From the IMG/VR virus record IMGVR_UViG_3300026088_000011: a stretch of DNA of 58,245 nt; one strand, 5' to 3'. Position 1 is the first letter of the stretch; every line of letters begins with the position of its first letter. The translations under genes were made by a program, and so were the position numbers. The DNA is from a virus (taxonomy: Duplodnaviria > Heunggongvirae > Uroviricota > Caudoviricetes). Shown here piece after piece: positions 48,056 to 56,513 of this stretch. Below the pieces are notes generated by a model that did not search any database, was not told the DNA's origin, and worked only from the letters and a program-made list of their open reading frames with translations.

Positions 48056-50842
48056 ATGCCATTAGCTTCAGGAGCATTTATACAAGATAGAGGAACTACA
48101 ATGATGCAAGTTGCAGCATTTCCTGCTGGTTATTCTAATGATGGTATATTTGGATATGATGACGGTATAAATAAATGGATTGCCATAGAATTAGATAGTT
48201 TAATATCATGTAGAAAGGGGGGAATCTACTCTAATGGAGTAGATATGACTACTAAATTAAATACTTTACTGTCTAATTCTGGAATAAAAGGTATTAGGTT
48301 TGATGCTAAAGGAGGGGGAGGAATAACTGTAAATGGTACAGTAAATGTACCTTCAGGTAAAGTACTTTCATTTGAAAACGGTTGTTATTTAACAGGCTCA
48401 GGTACAGTAAATGGAGGAATAATAGATGGTAATTTTAGAAGTAAAATATTTGATATAACACTAACGATAGTACCAGAAGCTCTTGTTCAAGGTAAATGGT
48501 CAGTTAGATGGTTTGGTGCATTAGGAAATAACTCTCAAGATGACCAACCTTCTATACAAAAAACTATAGACAGTGCTATAACTTCAAACTTAAAGTATGT
48601 ATATATGCCATTTGGTATTTATAAAATATCAAAAGGTATTGTAATAAGAAAAGGAACAGATGTGTTTTGTACAGGATTTAAATTAGAAGGGGAAGTAAGT
48701 GTTTATGGTGGCGAAATAGGACAAACTAAAATATCAACTTCTAATAAAAATACCTTTATGGTAGGTGTACATAAAGGCAAAGGTGTTAGAATTTCAAATA
48801 TCTACCTATCTGGAGCCAATATATCCATAGCCACTCTATCTATTTATGATGTGATGGAGAACCCCAATACTGACTTTACTGGAGGATGTAGAAATACCCC
48901 TAGTTCTCCACATGCGGGATTTATAGTTGATCCTTTTGTAAATGATCCTTCATATTCCGATCAATATCCAGATTTTACATCTTATTATGTAAATGAAGGT
49001 AGTGGAGGGTCAACAGATATTATTTTTGAAAATTGTAGAGTTAATAGCTTAGTTGTTGGATATTGTATGAGTCCTCATACTACTCCTCAAAATGGGGATG
49101 CAATTTGTATAAACAATTGCTGGGGAGATAGTTGCAAGGCTGCAATTTCTGTTGGCCAGTCACAAAATAGATCTATGTTAGTAAATAATTTCAAATGTTG
49201 GGGACACACAGAGACAATATTTGATTCGTATAATTATGGAAATGTAACATCTGACCATCCAGAAGTGGACGGATTAAACGTTGCTGGTTCTGTTAGGTAT
49301 TTATGCAGATTAACAACATTTGCAAATAAAGGACTTATAATAAAAAGAGCGCATATAGAAAGTTTATATATGTTAAATGGTCCAGGTCAACTAGGAGATT
49401 TATGTATAAAAGATTCAAGAATTCATTTACAGTCAACTCAAATTGGAACACCAGCGATACATGATGCCTACACGGTATTTAAAGGAGGTTCCTTAAAAAT
49501 ATCAGATAGTTTATTTATAAGATATAGTAATTATAATAAACCTTTTGCTGTAGATTGCGCAATGGCTTATTTTGAAAGATGTTATTTTGAAATATTACCT
49601 ATAAATTATGCTACAGCAACAGGAGGTCAGATATTTTTTGAAAATTGTAGAAATGCTCAAACTATACATAATTTTGGTACTGATGGTAGAATTACTTTAA
49701 CAAAAACCGCAGATCAATCTCCTAATAACCCAATTCTATTTTTATCTAATATGGAGTTATCTTTCATAAGTAGAAATAGATATGCACCAGCAAATGGAAC
49801 ATGGTCTTATACAAGAAAAAGAATGGCTGATATATCAGATAAATTTTTAAGTAGAGATTATAATTTTTTTGCTTTAAAATCATCTACATTAAATTTTAGT
49901 AGTATAGATTCTGTAAACTTAACAGCTAATATAATTATTGGACTGGGAGATGATTATAATAAGGTAATGTTAGACGATTTAATTTTTCTAAATGGAACAA
50001 CTAACATTTTAGATGAATATGGAATAGCAAATAGATATTTATGTTGCGGAATGGTGACAGCAAAAAACGACATAACAGGGACAATTACATTATCATATAC
50101 CACCAGAGGAATAGATAATATTACTAATTATAATTTTTATATTGGAAGAACTTCTTTAATGTATCCATTTTGCGTTGTAGGAGATTGTGCATCAGGTAGT
50201 AATTTAATAACAAATGCTGTAGCAGATGGAGGATTAAGTACACCCAAATATATAAGTGTAAATAGTCCTTATTTTCCTATAGGAACATATATAACATCTA
50301 TATCAGGAACAACTATTACTTGTAGTAATAATGCCATATCGTCTGGAACAAATATAGATGTTGTAAGTGCAAACTGGCAAGCAATTGAATATGGGGTTTA
50401 TAATGCAGCAACTCCTGATGTTATTGGATACAAAAGTGGTGATTTAATTTATAATACAAATCCAGTAACTTATCCTAATGTGTGGAGATGGAGATGTATT
50501 CAATCTGGAGTTACAGCAACTTCAAGACTACCTATTTTTACGACAGAAACTGCAATTCCAGCAAATAGTCTAGAGGCAACATTTAGTTCAACAAATAATA
50601 CTACTTTTGTTATTCCTATAGGTTATCTAACTACTGAATTTGTATTAAAATCCACTGTAAATATGACTATTAGTATAGGAACAACTCCTAGCGGTACTGA
50701 TATAGCTAATTCACAAGCAACTGTAGCTAATATCTCCATAGTGATTCCTTATGTTAAATATACTGATAATTCTATAACCATCTACTTTACCGGAATCTCA
50801 GGAGGAACTTTATCAATTATACCTATATTAAGAAAAGTATAA
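48056..50842 (+). CDS. Tailspike / polysaccharide depolymerase (pectate-lyase-3-like beta-helix)
   Basis: SVRWFGALGNNSQDDQPSIQKTID...VYMPFGIYKI cap motif followed by parallel beta-helix-like repeats. Confidence 0.75.
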   Translation: MPLASGAFIQDRGTTMMQVAAFPAGYSNDGIFGYDDGINKWIAIELDSLISCRKGGIYSNGVDMTTKLNTLLSNSGIKGIRFDAKGGGGITVNGTVNVPSGKVLSFENGCYLTGSGTVNGGIIDGNFRSKIFDITLTIVPEALVQGKWSVRWFGALGNNSQDDQPSIQKTIDSAITSNLKYVYMPFGIYKISKGIVIRKGTDVFCTGFKLEGEVSVYGGEIGQTKISTSNKNTFMVGVHKGKGVRISNIYLSGANISIATLSIYDVMENPNTDFTGGCRNTPSSPHAGFIVDPFVNDPSYSDQYPDFTSYYVNEGSGGSTDIIFENCRVNSLVVGYCMSPHTTPQNGDAICINNCWGDSCKAAISVGQSQNRSMLVNNFKCWGHTETIFDSYNYGNVTSDHPEVDGLNVAGSVRYLCRLTTFANKGLIIKRAHIESLYMLNGPGQLGDLCIKDSRIHLQSTQIGTPAIHDAYTVFKGGSLKISDSLFIRYSNYNKPFAVDCAMAYFERCYFEILPINYATATGGQIFFENCRNAQTIHNFGTDGRITLTKTADQSPNNPILFLSNMELSFISRNRYAPANGTWSYTRKRMADISDKFLSRDYNFFALKSSTLNFSSIDSVNLTANIIIGLGDDYNKVMLDDLIFLNGTTNILDEYGIANRYLCCGMVTAKNDITGTITLSYTTRGIDNITNYNFYIGRTSLMYPFCVVGDCASGSNLITNAVADGGLSTPKYISVNSPYFPIGTYITSISGTTITCSNNAISSGTNIDVVSANWQAIEYGVYNAATPDVIGYKSGDLIYNTNPVTYPNVWRWRCIQSGVTATSRLPIFTTETAIPANSLEATFSSTNNTTFVIPIGYLTTEFVLKSTVNMTISIGTTPSGTDIANSQATVANISIVIPYVKYTDNSITIYFTGISGGTLSIIPILRKV

Positions 50843-50860
50843 ATAATTTAATAAAATATA

Positions 50861-52390
50861 ATGTCAGTATCTAATAGAGAAATAGGAGGAGCATCAGCAC
50901 CTGAAGAATATTGGTTAGCATTCATCTCTAAACAGATGGAAAGACTTACACAAGTTGCCTCTAATATAGCAGGTGGAGGTGGAGGTAGTCCCACAGGTCC
51001 TGCTGGAGGGGATTTAAGTGGAACTTATCCCAATCCTATAGTAGCCAAAATACTAGGAAATGCTATTCCTATTAACGCTGCTGGAGCGTTAACTAATAAT
51101 GGAGCAGGAATATTAACCTGGTCCCCTGCTGGAACAGGTAGTGTAACTTCTGTTTCTGTCACTTCTACAAACGGATTTGCAGGAACCGTAGCCACAGCTA
51201 CAACAACTCCAACCATCACCATATCTACTACAATTACAGGAATAATAAAAGGAAATGGGACTTCTATAAGTGCAGCTACAGTAGGTACTGATTATAGTGT
51301 CGGAACTTCTGCTTTAGGTACAGGAATCTTAAAATCTACAACAGCAACAGGAGCATTGTCAATAGCTGTAGCTGGAGATTTTCCAACATTACCTTATTGG
51401 TCACTAGCAACTGGTGGCACTTTAACAAATGTAAACACTATTACTAGTAATGTTGCTAATCAGCACATCTTTACTGGAACTTGGACTGCATCTGCTAATA
51501 ATCAAAATCATATAGAAGTAACAGGTACAATAACAAGTAGGAATACTGCTTCTGACACTATAAACTATTTAGTAATTGATCCAACTATTGCTAGAAATGT
51601 AGGTAACCCAGCAACGCAAATAGCAACGGCAGTATTAATTAATCCTACTTTTTCTAATTCTCCCACTACACAATATATTCTTAGACTTCAAAATGCCACT
51701 ACTGATAGATTTACAGTACAATCGGACGGGACAACAAAAATAACTAATGCTTCTGGATCAACTACTTTTTCAACCAATGGTGATATTGTCATGATTTCGG
51801 GAGGAAGGTTGAGTTCCATTGGTAATTCAGCAGGTGTAAATTTTTTAGGAGGAAGGGATGCAGCAAATACATTTTTATTTTCTACTTCAAACAATTATGA
51901 TCAAGCAAATGCTACAAATATATTTATAAGTGGAAGTCCTTCATTTTCCTATCCTTCAGGCACAAATTCGGGAACATATTTTAAAATTTCACCAACTTTA
52001 AATACATCTGGAGGTACTAATACGATTAGAATAATTGACTACAATCCTACTGAGACTTTACTAACAGGGAGTACACACTATTTCATTACAAGTAGATCAA
52101 CAACAGCATTAAGTGGATTTGCAGTAGCCTCTCCTGCAAATGCTTATATTGTTATTGGAGCGGGAACTACAACAATAGCACCATTTAAATTAACATCAGG
52201 AACTAATCTTACAACTGCTGTTGCTGGTTGTATGGAGTATAATGGTACAGACTTATTATTTACTAAAACGGGTACTACTAGGGGAAATGTTTTAGTTTCT
52301 ACAGCTACTACCACTGAAACAGTAGTTAGTGATACTACTGCTACTATAACAATTGGAGGAACTACATTTAAAGTGCTGCTAAAGGCATAA
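50861..52390 (+). CDS. Fibre protein (head or tail) with short N-terminal helical anchor
   Basis: M.V.N..IG...WL..ISKQ.ERLT anchor, GPAGGDLSGTYPNP linker, T/S/G-rich beta shaft. Confidence 0.7.
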   Translation: MSVSNREIGGASAPEEYWLAFISKQMERLTQVASNIAGGGGGSPTGPAGGDLSGTYPNPIVAKILGNAIPINAAGALTNNGAGILTWSPAGTGSVTSVSVTSTNGFAGTVATATTTPTITISTTITGIIKGNGTSISAATVGTDYSVGTSALGTGILKSTTATGALSIAVAGDFPTLPYWSLATGGTLTNVNTITSNVANQHIFTGTWTASANNQNHIEVTGTITSRNTASDTINYLVIDPTIARNVGNPATQIATAVLINPTFSNSPTTQYILRLQNATTDRFTVQSDGTTKITNASGSTTFSTNGDIVMISGGRLSSIGNSAGVNFLGGRDAANTFLFSTSNNYDQANATNIFISGSPSFSYPSGTNSGTYFKISPTLNTSGGTNTIRIIDYNPTETLLTGSTHYFITSRSTTALSGFAVASPANAYIVIGAGTTTIAPFKLTSGTNLTTAVAGCMEYNGTDLLFTKTGTTRGNVLVSTATTTETVVSDTTATITIGGTTFKVLLKA

Positions 52391-52391
52391 A

Positions 52392-53774
52392 ATGACAACA
52401 ACATCATACGCTCTTTCTATTCTTACTAATTATACTTCTGTTGAAGAAGCAATATATGCAACTACTTTAAGTGGAGTTAATGCTGGAAGCTCTGTTATAT
52501 ATAATACAACTCTTTCTCTCACTAGAATATGGGATGGAACTAATTTTGTAAATGCTCCTACAATTTCAGCATCAGTACTGCCTTCTTTTGGAGATATGTT
52601 TAAATCTGATAATTTATCAGGTTTATCAAATTATACCACTGCTAGAAGTAATTTAGGACTTGGTACACTTGCTACACAAAATGGTACTTTTAGCGGTACA
52701 TCCTCAGGAACCAATACAGGAGATCAAGATTTAAGTGGGCTTGTCCCTAAAACAACCACTATTAATGGTAGTTCTCTTTCTTCTAATATCACTATAACTA
52801 CAATTACAGGGAATGCAGGAAGTGCCACTGTATTGCAGACAGCTAGAGCTATAAATGGTATTTCTTTTGATGGAAGTTCCTCTATAACAATAACAGCAGC
52901 AGCAGGAACATTAACAGGTAGTACATTAAATTCAGGAGTTACAATATCATCTTTAGTTTCATTTGGAGCATCAGCCATAACTAATCTTCTTCCCTCTCAA
53001 ACTGGAAATACAGGGAAATATCTTACTACAGATGGTAGTAATATAAGCTGGGGATCTCCTTCAGGTAGTGGGGATATGATTTTAGCCTCTAATCAAATAG
53101 TTACAGGTACTAAAACTTTTAGTCCTGGGACATTGATACTTGCTGCTGGGAATACGTCTTCTGGAGCAGAAATATTTATATTAACTAGTGCAGCATTATT
53201 AACATCAGCAGTGGCTGGTGTAGGGGAAGTGGATGCTAATGGTATTAGATATTGGACTCATTCTACATCAGAAAGAGGAGTGATAGACAGTGAGCAGTTT
53301 ATTTCTCTTACAGGAGCATACACTCTCACTTCTCAAACTGCTGCTCAAAAATTGTTCAATTCTTCTACGAATGGGGCATTAACAGTTTCAAGTTCAAAAT
53401 CTTATTATTTTGAATGTGTTTTTTCTTTAACCTCTTTATCCTCTACCTCTGGTTCTTTTGGTTTTGCATTTGGAGGAACAGCTACATTTACATCTCAAGC
53501 ATGGCAATCTATTGCTAATAAAGCAGCATTAGCTACCCCCACTGCCGGATTAATGACATTTAATACTGCTGCAAACGTAACACTTGCTACAGCAAATACC
53601 ACTACTACAGGGCAAGCTAGAATAACAGGAATTGTTAGAATTAATACAGGAGGAACATTAATCCCTCAAATATCATTAGGAGTAGCATCAGCAGCCATAG
53701 TAGGAGTAAATTCATACTTTAGAATTTGGCCTGTTGGTAGCAATACAGTAACAAATGTAGGAAGTTGGAGTTAA
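52392..53774 (+). CDS. Fibre protein
   Basis: NLSGL...ARSNLGLG and TARAINGISFDGS fibre motifs; beta-sandwich-type C-terminus. Confidence 0.7.
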   Translation: MTTTSYALSILTNYTSVEEAIYATTLSGVNAGSSVIYNTTLSLTRIWDGTNFVNAPTISASVLPSFGDMFKSDNLSGLSNYTTARSNLGLGTLATQNGTFSGTSSGTNTGDQDLSGLVPKTTTINGSSLSSNITITTITGNAGSATVLQTARAINGISFDGSSSITITAAAGTLTGSTLNSGVTISSLVSFGASAITNLLPSQTGNTGKYLTTDGSNISWGSPSGSGDMILASNQIVTGTKTFSPGTLILAAGNTSSGAEIFILTSAALLTSAVAGVGEVDANGIRYWTHSTSERGVIDSEQFISLTGAYTLTSQTAAQKLFNSSTNGALTVSSSKSYYFECVFSLTSLSSTSGSFGFAFGGTATFTSQAWQSIANKAALATPTAGLMTFNTAANVTLATANTTTTGQARITGIVRINTGGTLIPQISLGVASAAIVGVNSYFRIWPVGSNTVTNVGSWS

Positions 53775-53788
53775 TTAATTAAAAAAAT

Positions 53789-53893
53789 ATGCCAGTACCA
53801 AATCAACAGATAGGATCTAGTAGGAAAGTCAAATGGCTTCAAACTATATCAAAACAGATAGAGAGATTAACAAAAATTCTATCTACCAAATAA
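53789..53893 (+). CDS. 34-aa microprotein, stand-alone paralog of the 50861 anchor; not in ORF track
   Basis: Manual translation MPVPNQQIGSSRKVKWLQTISKQIERLTKILSTK*; 15 identities to the first 32 aa of 50861. Confidence 0.75.
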   Translation: MPVPNQQIGSSRKVKWLQTISKQIERLTKILSTK

Positions 53894-53921
53894 GAGATTT
53901 TCAATAAACCAATAGAATTAC

Positions 53922-54935
53922 ATGAGAGATTTAGTATTTATACAATGTGCGCCTTGTGATGATTATTACTGGTGGCAAACTCATTTATGGTTAGAAAGTC
54001 TAAAATCAATAGGAAAATCAAATAAAGCAATTTCTCTAATATTTACGCCTAATTACAGAGATAGGAATTCTAAATGGGATGAATTAGTTAAACTATATCC
54101 TGAATCAGAATTCTTCTTCTATAAAGATACTGATAGAATAAGTGAAAAATTAATAAGAATTTATATTCCTATTATACGACCTTATATTCTGATGAAATAT
54201 TTCAAATTACATCCAGAATTAAAGGAAAAAGCTATTTTTTATTGTGATTGTGATATTCTTTTTACAGAAAAATTCAATATTGACAAATTTTTAGATGATG
54301 ACGTATGTTATCTATCAGATACACTTAGTTATATAAATGCTAGTTATTTTGATAGTAAAGTAAAAGATGTTATTCCTGAGAAACTAGAGCAATATAAAAC
54401 TAGAGATATATTAGATGAAACTTGTAAATTAGTTGGTATATCCAGGGAAATAGCAGAGAAGAACAATTTACACTCTGGAGGAGCACAATATCTTTTAAAG
54501 AATATAGATTGGACATTCTGGGATAAATGTATAACAGACTGTATTAGAATTAGACATCATCTTCAAGAAGTAAATAAATATTTCTTTGAAAATGAGAATA
54601 AAGGATTTCAATCCTGGTGTGCAGATATGTGGGCAGTCTTATACAATTTATGGAATAGGGAACAAGAAACTAAAATAGTTCCAGAAATGAATTTTGCATG
54701 GAGTAGTGATAATATTTCTAAACTAGAAACCTGTCCTATATTCCATAATGCAGGTATCGTAGGGGAAAAACAAGGAGAAACCCCTGTATTTTATAAAGGA
54801 AAATATCATCAAGGAGCTAATCCTTTCGAAGATAGTCATTTAGAACTTGTATATAACAATGAACAATCTAAAACTCTTTGTAATTGGTATTATGTAGAGC
54901 AGTTAATAAAATTAAAACAAAAATATAATTATTAA
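53922..54935 (+). CDS. GT-A glycosyltransferase resembling HPAT/SGT1 peptide O-glycosyltransferases
   Basis: CxxYxxWQT, YxxIxRP, DxD (YCDCD), SGG and WCADMW motifs in the order recalled for plant Hyp-arabinosyl-/Ser-galactosyltransferases. Confidence 0.65.
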   Translation: MRDLVFIQCAPCDDYYWWQTHLWLESLKSIGKSNKAISLIFTPNYRDRNSKWDELVKLYPESEFFFYKDTDRISEKLIRIYIPIIRPYILMKYFKLHPELKEKAIFYCDCDILFTEKFNIDKFLDDDVCYLSDTLSYINASYFDSKVKDVIPEKLEQYKTRDILDETCKLVGISREIAEKNNLHSGGAQYLLKNIDWTFWDKCITDCIRIRHHLQEVNKYFFENENKGFQSWCADMWAVLYNLWNREQETKIVPEMNFAWSSDNISKLETCPIFHNAGIVGEKQGETPVFYKGKYHQGANPFEDSHLELVYNNEQSKTLCNWYYVEQLIKLKQKYNY

Positions 54936-54938
54936 AAT

Positions 54939-55112
54939 ATGGCAAATATAGATAAACCTGTACTTAAGGCATTTGTTAGGATAGACGGAACTGGTCGTGA
55001 TGTGAGTGGTAGTTTAATCCTTAGATTAAAGATGCCTAAAGTAGGTAAATGGCGTGAGATTCAAGCATACCAATGCTGTGATCCATTTACTACTACGACA
55101 AGTCATCCTTAG
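54939..55112 (+). CDS. 57-aa basic microprotein ending CC-DPF-TTTTS; not in ORF track
   Basis: Manual translation MANIDKPVLKAFVRIDGTGRDVSGSLILRLKMPKVGKWREIQAYQCCDPFTTTTSHP*; starts 3 nt after the GT stop. Confidence 0.75.
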   Translation: MANIDKPVLKAFVRIDGTGRDVSGSLILRLKMPKVGKWREIQAYQCCDPFTTTTSHP

Positions 55113-55151
55113 TTTTTGAATTTATTCTAAACCAATTTTTAACTACATTTT

Positions 55152-56501
55152 ATGGTGGTTGTTTCTGTTATTGTACATAATAGGTTGTCTAATGTTGAGG
55201 AATGGATAAGGTGTTGGAAACAATGTAATACTCAAGATGCTCAATTAATAATTATTCACAATTATAATAATACTAATGATAAGAATGAATGCAGTAAACT
55301 TTGTAGAACAGATGATATTGCTTATATTCCTAGACTTAATACAGGATTTGATATAGGTGCATTTCAAGATGTTTGTAGAGGGAGATTAGAAGGATTCCCT
55401 ACAGAATATGACTATCTCTTGTGGTGTACAGATGATGTGCTCCCTATGAGTAAAGATTTTATAGAAAGATATATTGCTGTATTTAAAGATGATATTTCTT
55501 GTGTATGTTATGAATTAAGTAATGAGGTTACTAAACATATACGTACTACAGGATTTATGATGAGAAAAAGGGAGTTAGCTAATATTGTATTTGCAGTAGA
55601 TCCTATAGCTCATAAAGAGGAATGTTATGAATTTGAACATAAGAGAAAAAGTAGAGTGGTTACTCTCTTTGAACAAGTGGTTCAATGGGGAAGAATAGTT
55701 CAAGTAGATGCTGTTGAATATGCTCCTTTATGGGATAGTGGACATGAAAGTCCACAAGCTAAAGGAAGATTTAAAAGAAGACATCAAGAACATATAGAAG
55801 CATTTCCAACTCTTCCTAAAGTATTAAATTTAAATCCTCTTCCTGAGGATAATAAAATTACATTTATTTGTCCCATTTTCAATACTTTTCCTGAAATTGT
55901 TAGTAGTTTAATTAATCAAACCTATAAGAACTGGGAACTTTTATTAATACACGATGGTCCTAATTCCACTAATTTAAGAAAAGTAATAGATGCTATAGGA
56001 GATAAAAGGATTAAATTTATAGAGACAGAAGAAAGAAAACAGCAATGGGGTCATCCAATACGCCAATTTGCACTCAATAACATTGATGTATTATCTCCTA
56101 ATACATCATATATATGTGTGACAAACGGAGACAACCATCATGTCCCTCATTTTTGTGAGTTTTTATTAAATGGGTTTTCAAATCCTTACTATATAGCGGT
56201 TTTTTGTTCCCAGTTCGTACATTCATATGATTCTTCTCAGAAAACTACAATAATTGAAAATAATCAAAGATCTTGCGGTAATATTAATTGGGAAATATAT
56301 AAATATGGAATAATTGATACCAGATTACAATTAGGATATATAGACAGCGCCTGTGTAATTATCAGAAAGGATATAGCCGTAGAAAGTGGATGGGACGATT
56401 TTAGTCATTCTAGTGACTATAGTTACTTTAAAAGGATAATAGACAAATATGGAGCTGATAGGTGGGGTAGTGTCCGCGGAACTTTAGTAGTGCATAATTA
56501 A
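55152..56501 (+). CDS. Tandem two-domain GT-A (GT2-like) glycosyltransferase
   Basis: Domain 1: VSVIVHN...IIIHN...NTGFDIG...LLWCTDD; domain 2: ITFICPIFN...SLINQTYKNWELLLIHDGP...VTNGDN. Confidence 0.8.
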   Translation: MVVVSVIVHNRLSNVEEWIRCWKQCNTQDAQLIIIHNYNNTNDKNECSKLCRTDDIAYIPRLNTGFDIGAFQDVCRGRLEGFPTEYDYLLWCTDDVLPMSKDFIERYIAVFKDDISCVCYELSNEVTKHIRTTGFMMRKRELANIVFAVDPIAHKEECYEFEHKRKSRVVTLFEQVVQWGRIVQVDAVEYAPLWDSGHESPQAKGRFKRRHQEHIEAFPTLPKVLNLNPLPEDNKITFICPIFNTFPEIVSSLINQTYKNWELLLIHDGPNSTNLRKVIDAIGDKRIKFIETEERKQQWGHPIRQFALNNIDVLSPNTSYICVTNGDNHHVPHFCEFLLNGFSNPYYIAVFCSQFVHSYDSSQKTTIIENNQRSCGNINWEIYKYGIIDTRLQLGYIDSACVIIRKDIAVESGWDDFSHSSDYSYFKRIIDKYGADRWGSVRGTLVVHN

Positions 56502-56513
56502 CAAACCAATTTT

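Noticed and set aside
47761-48058. Read-through or frameshift fusing the 96-aa fibre-like ORF to the tailspike
   Set aside because: Different frames, tandem TAA TAG stops, and no slippery sequence seen
2374-52978. All minus-strand ORFs in the track, plus the + strand alternative-frame ORF 18209..18427
   Set aside because: They lie antisense to or inside long conserved genes (3702..3884 overlaps the tRNA), have shadow-like composition and lack leaders or motifs
7729-53774. Diversity-generating retroelement or invertible tail-fibre cassette
   Set aside because: No reverse transcriptase, recombinase, template/variable repeat pair or flanking inverted repeats seen in the window
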